A stretch of DNA of 64,000 nucleotides from Cetorhinus maximus (Eukaryota), in assembly GCF_964194155.1 (NCBI RefSeq), contig NW_027596259.1, forward strand, positions 248,001 to 312,000. Direction: 5' to 3'. The notes beneath the pieces were generated by a model, which was given only the letters and a program-made list of their open reading frames with translations, did no database searches and was not told the origin of the DNA. The translations under genes were made by a program, and so were the position numbers. Shown piece after piece: positions 52,095-64,000 of the stretch (position 1 is the first letter of the stretch; each line of letters begins with the position of its first letter).

Positions 52095-53840
52095 TTATTT
52101 TTAGGGACCAAGGGGGCAATCTATGGGTGGAACCAGAGGACATTGCTAGAGTGTTGAATGAATACTTCACATCCGTCTTCACCCAAGAGAATGAGGATGA
52201 AGGTATGGAAATCGGGGAGAGAGACTGCAAGGTTCTTGAGCAAATTGATATTGGGAGTGACAAGGTATTGGAGGTGTTGGCAGGCTCAAAAGTGGACAAA
52301 TCTCTAGGTCCGGATGATTTGTATCCCAGACTGCTGAGGGAGGCAAGGGAGGAGATCACAGAGGCACAGACCCAAAATTTTAATTCCCCTCTGGCCACGG
52401 GGGAGGTGCCAGAGGACTGGAGAACAGTTAATGTGGTTCTGCTCTTTAAGAAGGGTTGTCGAGATAAGCCAGGGAACTACAGACCAGTGAGTCTCACATC
52501 AGTGGCAGGGAAACTACTGGAGAAAATCCTGATGGAGAGAATCCATTTCCACTTGGAGAGGCAAGGTTTGATCAAGGAAAGTCAGCATGGCTTTGTCAGC
52601 GGGAGGTCATGCCTAACAAATTCGTTTGAATTTTTTGAGGAGGTGACCAGGTGTGCAGATGAGGATAGTGAGTTTGATGTAGTTTATATGGATTTCAGCA
52701 AAGCCTTTGACAAGGTCCCACATGGGAGACTTATAAAGAAGGCAGATACACATGGGAGACAGGGTAATTTGATAAGTTGGATTCAAAATTGGCTTAGCTG
52801 TAGGAGGCAGAGGGTGATGACAGAAGGCTGCTTTAGTGGCTGGAAGCCAGTGGCGTACCACAGGGATGTGTGCTTGGTCCCCTATTATTCACCATTTATA
52901 TAAACGACATGTGGGAAGTAGGATTAATAAGTTTGTGGATGACACAAAGATTGGCCGGGTGGTTGACAGTGAGATTGAGTGTTTTGGAGTACAGGAAGAT
53001 ATAAACGAGATGGTCAAATGGGCAGATAAGTGGCAGATGGAATTTAATCCTGAAAAGTGTGAGGTGATACACTTTGGAAGGGGTAATTTGACAAGGAAGT
53101 ATTCAATGAATGGCATGACACCAGGAAGTTCTGAGGAACAAAGGGACCTTGGCATGTGTGTCCATAGATCTCTGAAGGCAGAGGGACATGTTAGTGGGGT
53201 GGTGAAAAAGGCATATGGGACATTTGCATTCATCAATCGAGGCATAGATTACAAAAGTAGGAAGGTGTTGTTGGAGTTGTATAGAACCTTGGTGAGGCCA
53301 CAGCTGGAGTACTGTGTGCATTTCTGGTCACCACATTATAGGAAGGATGTGATTGCACTGGAGGGAGTGCAGAGGAGATTCACCAGGATGTTGCCTGGGA
53401 TGAAACATTCAAGTTATGAAAAGAGGTTGGATGGACTTGGGTTGTTTATGCTGGAGCAGAGAAGACTGAGGGGCGACCTGATCGAGGTGTACAAGATTAT
53501 GAGGGGCATGGACAGGTAGTTAGGGAGCAGCTGTTCCCCTTAGTTGAAGGGTCAGTTACGAGGGGACACAGGTTCAAGGTGAGGGGCAGGAGATTTGGGG
53601 AGATGTGAGGAAATACTTCTTTACCCAGAGGGTGGTGACGGTCTGGACTGCATTGCCTGAGCGGTTGGTGGAAGCAGGCTGCCTCGCATCCTTTTGAAAA
53701 GTACCTGGATGAGCACTTGACACGTCATTACATTCAAGGTTATGGGCCAAGTGCTGGTAAATGGGATTAGGTAGGTCGGTCAGGTGTTTCTCACGTGTTG
53801 GTGCAGATTCGATGGGCCTCTTCCACACTGTGATTCTGTG
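52095..53840 (+). mobile_element. 5'-truncated CR1 LINE (RT split by a frameshift at ~52850)
   Basis: PGNYRPVSLTS, YMDFSKAFDKVPH, FVDD and LYRTLVRPQLEY motifs. Confidence 0.92.
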
Positions 53841-54617
53841 TGATCTACCTTATCTAAACCTATCATAATCTTGTACACCTTTATCAAATCTCCCTCAATC
53901 TCCTTTACTTGAAGGAGAACAAAACCTTCTAGCTCATATCCCCCATCCCTCGACCCATTCTGGTAAATCTCCTCTGTCCCCTTTCAAGGACCCTCCCATT
54001 CTTCATAATGTGTGGTGATCACTGGTTTGCACAGACCCAGATGTTCTGTGTCCGTGTCTGTGACATCATCACACATCGACAATTACACTGTGACATCATC
54101 ACACATCGACAATTACACGGTGACATCACCCTGCACTCCGGGTATTTCTTCAACTGGGAGATTTTTCTCTGACTCCAGTGCTTCTGATATCTTTCCAGCT
54201 GCAGGCTCCAGCAGGAGAGTTTAAAGTTGACCCTTGAAATTGTTTCACAGGTGAGTATTTTTGACTATTCATCTACAATTTAAAGATTTTGGTTTTATGC
54301 TCTGTTGTCTATGCTCTGTTATCTATGCAAAGTTCCATGGCTCTGAGGTTGGTGTGAATGCCTTCTCAGTTACATTGTTAAGGTTTGTTAATGTCAATGA
54401 GAGTGTTAAAGTAAACAGGTGATGGGTGTTTGAACACAATGAAGTAGGGGATAGCTGGGACACTGGGCGTGGGTGAGCAGTGTTGACAGTGAACCAAGTC
54501 AACAAACTATCTCAGCAAGAAAAGGCTCTGTGTCTTAGTTTTGACTTCACCAATTGGTGTAGATCCTGCTAACGGCTGGTGTGGCTTCTTTCTTGTGGAT
54601 CTGAATCCCATGTCCAT

Positions 54618-55543
54618 TGTTATTATTCTTGGCCAGACACATGCGATCTGGTGAGGGATCAATAACATTTTGTTTCAAGTAGATGAAGGTTGAGATTTAA
54701 GATACCTGCTTTTGGAATAAAGGCACAAGTTTCCATGGGTTTTGAACAACAATAAAACAAAATTTACTGTACAAGTTCAGAAAGATAAAATAATTTACAA
54801 TATGTACCTGATACTCGAACATTCAGGGTAAGTATGAGGTACATGTGAATTAACAGACGAACTGTGGTGAGACACACCACATTACAGAGTAAATGACAGA
54901 TGCAATCAAAAGAGATTCCATGGATTTCTCTACAATCCACTCAGCCGTTAGTCCCACATTGACTCAACCAATCTCACTGAAACTTAGTCTTTCTCAAAAG
55001 GGTTTCCAATCTCCAGCATCGAAGATCTCACCTGGCATTCTCTCCAAAAGTCACTCCCACTCAGATGGCTTTAACAATGGATGGCCCATCTCACAGAGTT
55101 TCAGTCTCGCTTTCCGAGATTCCTTCTCCCTGGATTCCTGAGTACACTCAAACACTAGCTTGCAAGCACAGTTTTAGAGTTATGGCTGTGCCAAGCAGAA
55201 CACCATTGCTCCAAAGGGGTACCTTTGCTTCAACAGCCCTCTTTAGTTAAATTCTGCCCCTGCAGCCTTTTCTTTAAATTTTTAACTCCACTTAACTGGG
55301 ACGTCTGCCCGTCCCTGTCTCTGTGCCACCTGTTGCCTGGCAACTTCCGGAAATAACTGCCTCAAGAAGAGCTGTTCACTGACACTTGAACTGATCTGTG
55401 ACCTATCAAAACACTCCCAGAGGGTCCCACCCTTGCTACTAGACAGGAACCAACGTAACAAGCATTAGAACATCCTGTACCTTTATATTTTACAATCTGC
55501 ACTGTTAGCACCCAGGGATGCAGGATGAATTGAATTCATAACA
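54618..55543. mobile_element. solo LTR (~926 bp)
   Basis: TGTTAT...ATAACA termini, 4-bp CCAT target-site duplication; empty site visible at ~19790 and ~25980. Confidence 0.8.
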
Positions 55544-56244
55544 CCATCCATTGCTCTGTTTCAGCTCTGTCCTCTCTGATCACCTGTCTGCTATTGCCCA
55601 ACTTCCTCTGTCTCTAATATGGGTGTATTTTAGCTGTTTAGTGTTTTACTGTTGCTTCTGCTGACTGATTCGAAATGAAGTTTTCACTGCTGCTACATCC
55701 CCCGCCCATGTGCTGCTGGCTTCCCAGCTTTATCTTCTCACAATATCTTTCATCGTCAGGAATTGTTTCCCCTGTGCTATAGTCCATTTATCTTCCACCT
55801 CTGAGATCATATTGACCATCAAATTCTGCACAATTTTTATTTCCTGTAATTCATTCTGCACAACCTGAAATGTTTACTCTGTTTCCCTCTCCCCAGATAC
55901 CAGCAAATATTGCCAATCCCCAGTGGCCTGTGGGGAAGATGATGTTTGACCTTCATGAACCGCTGCAGTCAATGTGGTGAAGGTGCTCCCACGATGCTGT
56001 TAGGTAAGGAGTTACAGGTTATTCACCCAGCGATGATGAAGGGACGGCGTTATAATTCCAAATCAATAACAATCATTTCTGCTTCTATCACACTTTTAAT
56101 GTTATAACATGTTCCAAGACATTTCACAGAAAAGTAACATTTGACACTGAGCCACATGAGGAGATATTAGGGCCGGTGACCAAAAGCTTGGTCAAAGATG
56201 TCGCTTTTAAAGGGAATCTTCCAGGGGGTTTTCTTCTTAAATCT

Positions 56245-57860
56245 TCCAAGGGATGTGGGCTTCGCTGACTTGGGCATTTATTGCCCATCCCTAATTTCCC
56301 TTGAGAAGGTGGTGGTGAGTTGCCTTCTTGAGCTGTTGCAGTCCATGTGGTGTAGTTACACCCAAAGTGCTGTCAGGGAGGGTGTCCCAGGATTTTGACC
56401 CAGCGACAGTGAAGGAACGGCGATATATTTCCAAGTCAGGATCGTGAGTGACTTGGAGGGGAACTTCCCAGTGGTGGTGTTCCCATCTATCTGCTGCCCT
56501 TGTCCATCTAGATGGTAGTGATCTTGGGTTTGGAAGGTGCTGTCTAAGGAGCCTTGGTGAATTCCTGCAGTGCATCTTGTAGATGGTAGACACTGCTGCT
56601 ACTGTGCGTCGATGGTGAAGGGAGTGAATGTTTGTGGATTTGGTGCCAGTCAAGCGGGCTGCTTTGTCCTGGACGGTGTCGAGCTTCTTGAATGTTGTGG
56701 GAGCTGCACTCATCCAGGCAAATGGAGAGTATTCCATCACACTCCTGACTTGTGCCTTGTAGATGGTGGACAGGTTTTGGGGAGTCAGGAGGTGAGTTAA
56801 TCACCATAGGATTCCTAGCCTCTGACCTGGTCTTTTAGCCACAGTATTTATATGGCTTGTCCAGTTGAGTTTCTGGTCAATGGTAACCCCCAGGATGTTG
56901 ATAGTGGGGGATTCAGCGATGGTAATGCCCTTGAATGTCAAGGGGCGATAGTGAGATTCTATCTTGTCGGAGATGGTCATAGCCTGGCACTTGTGTGGTG
57001 TGAATGTTACTTGCCACTTGTCAGCCCAAGCATGGATATTGTCCAGATATTGCTGCATTTGAGGATGGAGTTATTAAGTGTTTGAGGAGTCATGAATGGT
57101 GCTGAACATTGTGCAATCATCAGCAAATACCCCCACTTCTGACCTTATGATGGAAGGAAGGTCATTGATAAGCAGCTGAAGATGGTTGGGCCCAGGACAC
57201 TATCCTGAGGAATTCCTGCAGTGATGTCCTGGAACTGAGCTGATTGACCTCCAACAACCACAACCATCTTCCTTTGTGCTCGGTATGACTCCACCCAGTG
57301 GAGAGTTTTCCCCTGATTCCCATTGACTCCAGTCTTGCTAGAGCTCTCTGATGCCACACTCGGTCAAATGCTGCCTTGGTATCAAGGGCAGACACTCTCA
57401 TGTCACCTCTAGAGTTCAGCTCTTTTGTCCATGTTTGATTCAAGGCTGCAATGAGGTCAGGAGCTGAGTGGCCCTGGCAGAACCCAAACTGGGCATCAGT
57501 GAGCAGGTTATTGCTAAGTAAGTGCCGCTTGACAGAAGTGTTGATGACCCCTTCCATCATTTTACTAATAATCCAGAGTAGACTGATGGGTTGGCAATTG
57601 GCCAGTTGGATTTGTCCTGCTTGTTGTGTACAGGACATTTTTCCACATAGCCAAGTAGATACCAGTGTTATAGCTGCACTGGAACAGCTTGGCTACGGGT
57701 GCAGCAAGTTCTGGAGCACAAGTCTTCAATACTATTGCTAGAATATTGTCAAGATCCATAGCCTTTCCAGTATCCAGTGCCTTCAGCCATTTCTTAATAT
57801 CACGTGGAGTGAATCGAATTGGCTGAAGACTGGCATCTATGATACTGGGGACCTCCGGAG
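56245..57860 (-). mobile_element. CR1/Jockey-group LINE RT region and 3' tail
   Basis: AQFGFCQGHSAPDL, AAFDRVWH and MEYSPFAWMSAA motifs. Confidence 0.85.
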
Positions 57861-57869
57861 GTAGAGAGG

Positions 57870-58520
57870 AGGAAATTCCAGAGCTTGGGGCCTTCGATAC
57901 TGACAAAATGGCTACCAATGCTGGAGTGAGTCAAATCAGGAGTGCACAGGTGGCTGGAATCAGAGGAGTACAGATATCTCTGAGGGTTGCGAGGCTGGTG
58001 GAGATTTCGGAGTTAGGGAGCAGGAATGTGAAAACAGGGATGAGATATTTCAAATTTCAGTTCTCCTTAACCCAGAGCCTTTGCAGGTCAGTGAGCACAG
58101 GGTGATGGGTGAACAAGACATGGTGCGAGTAAACACAGGGACAGTAGAGTTTTGGATGACCTCAAGATTACAGGGAGGTTGAATGTGGGAGGCCGGCCGG
58201 GAGTGCGTTAGGATAGTTAAGTCTAGAAGTAACAAAGGAATGGATGAGAGTTTCAGCAGCAGATGAGCTGAGACTGGGCTGGAGTCGAGCGATGTTACTG
58301 AGGTGGAAATAGGCGGTCTTAGTGATGATGTGGATATGTGGTTGGAAGCTCATCTTGGGGTGAAATATTTCATCATGGTTGTGAACAGTCTGGTTCAGTC
58401 CCAGACAGTTGTCAGAGAGAGGGATGGAGCAGGTGTCTGGGGAGTGGAGTTTGTAGACGGGACTGAAGACAATGGCTTCAGTCTACCCAATATTTAAATA
58501 AAGGAAATTTCTGCTAATCC
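57870..58520 (-). mobile_element. L2-type LINE fragment
   Basis: TKTAYFHLSNIARL...VTSRLNY. Confidence 0.8.
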
Positions 58521-59190
58521 AGTACCAGATATCAGACAAGTCAGGATGGTGTGTGACTTGGAGGGGAACTTGGAGGTGATGGTGTTCACATACACTTGCT
58601 ACCCTGGCCCTTCTAGGGTGGAGTTTGAAGGTTTGGAAGATTCTGCCAAAGTTCTGGCCGAGTTGTAGAAATATAAATCCCCTCTGCTTCACCAATTCTG
58701 GAGAAGAGTCTTAAGCGCTCAAAATGTTAACTCTGTTTCTCTCACCACAGATGGTGCCAGATATCCCTCTCCTTCACCCCCGTCTCTCACTCTAATCTCT
58801 CTCTCCCCTGCACCCACTCCCATTTCTCTCTCTCCCTCTCATCTGCTCCCATAGAGGCTAGAGTCTTGTGTAGGTCCAGACCAGGTGGCAGGTTCCCTTC
58901 CCTGAAGGACATTAGTGAACCAGTTGTGTTTTTATAACAATCCAGCAATTTTCATGGTCACTTTTTCCTATTGCCGGTCCCACAAATTCCCAGATTCATT
59001 CAGCTCAATTTCACAACCTGCCTTTGTGTTTTTGTGGGTTCTCTCTCACTCCCTTTTTTCTGTTTTAAATCAATTTCACAGGGGATTAGAAGGGGAGGAT
59101 TTGTAGTCAGGAAACTGAAACCAAACATCACATCAGGATCTGACGGAGTCGCCCAATGTATCATAACCTGAATATCATTAGGTTTTGAAC

Positions 59191-59475
59191 ATGGAGGGAA
59201 AAGGCACCGTTCACAGTGGGGAGAAACTGTGGAAATGTGGGGAATGTGGGAAGGGATTTATCTACCAGTCTCAGCTGGAAACGCATTGGCGCAGTCACAC
59301 TGGGGAGAGGCCATTCACCTGCTCCGTGTACGGGAAACTATTTACTCAGGTATCCCACCTGCTGAGACACCAGCGAGTTCACACTGGGGAGAGACCATTT
59401 ACCTGCTCCGAGTGTGGAAAGGGATTCACTACCTCATCCCACCTGCTAAGGCACCAGCGAGTTCATGATTCATGA
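59191..59475 (+). CDS. short C2H2 zinc-finger ORF F (3 fingers, middle one C->Y)
   Basis: acceptor tttcacag at 59081; [16 protein letters not shown]...HQRVHDS*; cluster 3'UTR; may be a pseudogene. Confidence 0.6.
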   Translation: MEGKGTVHSGEKLWKCGECGKGFIYQSQLETHWRSHTGERPFTCSVYGKLFTQVSHLLRHQRVHTGERPFTCSECGKGFTTSSHLLRHQRVHDS

Positions 59476-59610
59476 CAGTGATTGGATTTTGCTGTTAATC
59501 ACATCCAGGACTGAACACTGTTCATTGGGGGCTGCTAATGTTAATATACTCCACATAAAAGTCAAATAAAATAGTTTAGTGTTAAACACAATACGCTGAG
59601 TCTATTAATC

Positions 59611-60155
59611 CAGCGCTACCCAAACCTTTTCCTGGTGAAACCCCATTTTAATGTCTCAGACTTGGTGTGACCCTGGAGTGAAAATCTGGGGGTTACAGGA
59701 GATGTTGAGTGGGGCGGAGGCTTCAGACCGACAGTTTGGACAATCATTATTCTGCAGAGAGCACTTCAAGCAGCTAAATACTTGCTCTAAGCTCCATGGA
59801 AATTTAATATAAAGTCTACATTGTAAATTGGACTCATGTATAATTAACTCTTAATAATTCTCTTTATAACTCTATAATTCTTCACTAAATAAAATCTTCA
59901 AATTCCATTTCTGCAAGTACAGGATATTTCATGTACATGACTGCCAATTACACACACAAGCAGATTTTATCATAGTCACTGCAATATGGTTTCACTTATA
60001 TTCAACAGAAGCTATTGGTGTGATGTACAGTCAGAAAGGTGTTTTCTCCTCTACAAACATTTTATGGCTCATAAAACTTTTCATAATGCTGAAAATATGC
60101 TTTTTTAAAAACTGTATATGTATATCTCTCAAATTTAGACTAATTTACACAAGCT
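59611..60155. mobile_element. hAT-like DNA transposon fragment
   Basis: starts CAGCGCTACCCAAACCTTTT, resembling hAT/Charlie termini; AT-rich interior; second terminus not found. Confidence 0.4.
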
Positions 60156-60679
60156 TCAGCCTGTCTGCAGCCTTTGACAATGTTGACCACACCATTCGGC
60201 TCCAACACCTCTCCACTGTCGTCCAGCTGGGTGGGGCTGCTCTCTCCTGGTTCCATTCTTCTCTATCTAATCATAGCCAGAGAATCACTTGGAATGTCTT
60301 CCCTTCCCACTCCCACAGTTACCACTGGTGTCCCCAAAGGATCCAGCCTTGGCCTCCTCTTATTTCTCATCAACATTCTCCCCACAGCGACATCATCTGA
60401 AAACACAGTGTCAGTTATCACATGTACACTGTCAGTGCCCAGCTCTACCTCACCACCACCTCTCTCCACTTCTCCACTTTTGTTAAATTATCAGACTGTT
60501 TGTCTGATATCCAGTGGTGAATGTGCAGAAATTTCCTCCAATTGAATATTGGGAAGTCTGAAACCATTGTTTTCATTCCCGAGCTACCAACTCCATTCCT
60601 CTCCCTGGCAACTGTCTGAATGTAAAGCAGACTTTTTGCACACGTGATGTCAGGTTTGACCCGAGATGCGATTCCAACT

Positions 60680-61020
60680 CGTGTGTGTGTGTCTGTGTGT
60701 GTGTGTGTGTCCCAGTGAGTTTCCAGTCACACTGATGATGTGAATCTTCCCCACAGACAGAACAGACAAACATTTCTCCTTCCATAATCAGAGGCTGATC
60801 ATTTATGAATTGTGTTTCTATAAGATCTTGCAAGATTTTTGGTTTGATTTTCCCACCTGAAAATCTTCTCCCTCTAATCCCCTGTAAATAGAGTTTACAG
60901 AAGTGTTTACTGTCAGTACATGATAGAAATTCAGAACAGACAATTCTAGTTTCTATGGAATATTCCTTCTCCATTCATTTCCCCCAAGTCCATAAACCCC
61001 TGTCCCACACATTCCTCCCC
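60680..61020 (-). pseudogene. truncated 5' part of an E-type ZNF exon (MEGEMFVCSVCG)
   Basis: paralogous to 42990-43330, including the (GT)n tract; breaks into L2 at ~60680. Confidence 0.7.
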
Positions 61021-61303
61021 CTCTCTGCTCATTGTTCCAGATTCAGTGCCCAGTCACCTACTAATTCTTTTCTCCTCTCCAGATTCTCTCTCTTCCTGTC
61101 CATAAAGTGGTGACTCAGCCTGTGCGTCAATCCCATTCCTTCACTCTAATTCTACCAAATAATTCAACTCAAAACAACAAATCATCTTTGATGACTTGAT
61201 TAGTCATTTGGATGTTTGGAAAGAATCACCTTTTTTCCCAACTGTGGAGAACAGAAAGTCCAGTGATTAATTCAGAGCTTACTTCTCCCCAGGTCTGTTC
61301 CAA

Positions 61304-61520
61304 CAAGCTGTGTCTATCCGAGTTACATTGATACAGACTTACTCACTCAGTAAGTGATCAGATCTCACTGAACTATGACACAAGCTGTGTCTATCTGAGT
61401 TACATTGATGCAGACTCGCTCACTCAGTAAGTGATCAGATCTCACTGAACTATGACACAAGCTGTGTCTATCTGAGTTACATTCAAACAGACTCAATAAG
61501 TGATCAGGTCTGACTGAATT
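61304..61520. repeat. 77-bp tandem repeat, ~3 copies
   Basis: caagctgtgtctat starts at 61304, 61381 and 61458. Confidence 0.9.
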
Positions 61521-63176
61521 ACAACAACAAATGCAACAACATATATTTATATCGAGCATCTAACATAATACATTGTCCCAAGAAGTTTCACAGGGGCATA
61601 AGGACATATTAGGTCAGATGACCAACTGCTTGGTCAAAGAAGTCAGTTCGAACGAGTGTCTGAAAGGGGGAAAGTGAATTAGAAAGGTGGAGAGATTTAG
61701 GGTGGAAATTCCAGAGCTTAGGGTCCAGGCAGCTGAAGGCCCGGCCACCAATGGTAGAGTGATTAAAACTGGGGATGAAGGACATCTGGTAATGGTGCTC
61801 CATATATGTGGGCCCCATAGCCCAGGCTTGAAGCCAAAATCTGAACTTTGGGTCATAGTTTGACTGTCCCGGGTCTCAGAGAAAAACAATTCCCCAAATA
61901 AACATCTTGAAGGATTTTTGTTTATTGATACCAGAAAAAGTTTGGACCAGTTGAGTCCTCCTGTGTACTCGATGGAGATTGAACTTAACAGAGTTAAAAT
62001 CCTCTGGATTTCAGTGTCAAAACAAGAATATGTTTTGGCAAAAATAAAAATATATACATACTGAAATACTGAACAGCACAAACCTGGAGAAATACACAGC
62101 AGGTCAATCACCATTAAAAAGTGATAAATTAATCGTCACTGTTTCAGGCTCCGCTGGTATTGAATACTCTTCATGACATCATCGCACTGGGACTGGATGA
62201 CATCATCACACTGGGACTGGATGACATCATAAGAGTCCATTGTTTCTTAATGACCCACATCAATAACAAGAGGAAATATTAATAAACCTGAGCACATTAT
62301 CTAGGCTGACACTCCAGGGTGACATTGAGGGACTGCTGCACTGTCAGAGACAGCATCCTTCACATGGAACTTGTGGAGGCTCTGGTCACAATCTTCCAAT
62401 CCTCCTTATATAGTAGTGGTGACAAAGGGCTGACAGATTGTAAATGTTACACCCCTGTTCAAAAACACAGCAATTCCAGGACAATCAGCTTCATATCAGT
62501 TGTGGGGAAAGGCTGGAGACAATAATCTGGGAGAAAATCAATTGGCACTTGGAAAAGTATCGGTTATTTCCAGCATTTTCTGGTTTTAACACTGATACTT
62601 CCCTGGATCCCAAGGCTCTCTGGGAGGTGTGGGGAGCTGGGACGTATCCATGAGAGTAACCAAAGGTCTGAGAACTGAAAGAATCTAGAGTTAAGAGAGG
62701 AGAAAGGATCCAAAAAGGGAGCCATTAGGAACAGGACATCAATCAGTCTCCTCTTATCCTGGAGAAATCAAGGACTCGACATTCTGAGAGTTTGAAACAA
62801 AGCTGATTTATTTAACAGACTTCAAGATATTAAACTTCAGCCCAGTTACAGGGATTATGAACAGCAATAGAAACAAACCAAAACTGTCAGAATGAACACA
62901 GTTCAGTTCTGGATGTGATTAACAGCAGCAATAACAGCAGAATCCAACCCCTGCTGTCACTTGTGAACTCGCTGGTGTCTGAGCAGGTGGGATGACTAAG
63001 TGAATCCCTTCCTACATTCGGAGAAGGTGAACAGCATCTCCCCAGTATGAACTCGCTAGTGTGTCAACAGGTTGGATAAATGAGTGAATCCCTTTCCACA
63101 CTCGGAGCAGGTGAACACTCTCTCTCCAATGTGAATTCACTGGTGTACACTGAGGTGGAATGAAGGCTGAATCTCT

Positions 63177-64000
<824 letters not shown>

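Noticed and set aside
61304-61520. CRISPR-like array
   Set aside because: Head-to-tail tandem units with no unique spacers, no cas genes, vertebrate context

Overview
Eukaryotic vertebrate genomic DNA. The repeat content (Deu-domain SINE pieces, abundant CR1/L2 LINEs, Penelope-derived short elements) and the style of the zinc-finger genes suggest a cartilaginous fish (shark/ray); this is inference, not a database result. The window is a birth-and-death cluster of C2H2 zinc-finger (ZNF) genes with no visible effector domain. It holds seven related cassettes: A (-, runs off the left edge), B (+), C (+), D (-), E (-), F (+) and G (-, runs in from the right edge). Most cassettes share a CpG-rich NRF1/YY1 promoter, a reusable ~120-bp splice-acceptor/5'UTR module and a common 3'UTR. 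Apparently intact ORFs are D (13 fingers, 36957-38081) and E (8 fingers, 42151-42825). F is a short ORF with 3 fingers, and G carries a fresh 84-bp finger minisatellite; the rest are disrupted. Between the divergent cassettes A and B (~2-17.6 kb) lies a tRNA 'graveyard' of about 17 tRNA-derived loci (Ser, Leu, Val, Glu, Asn, Lys), of which only tRNA-Lys(CTT) looks near-intact. A tRNA-Val-derived element with an intact B-box also sits next to promoters D and E. Many nested LINE, SINE, LTR, DNA-transposon and Penelope fragments are present, including a palindromic element with a minimal hammerhead-ribozyme core. All calls were made by eye, and repeat boundaries are approximate.
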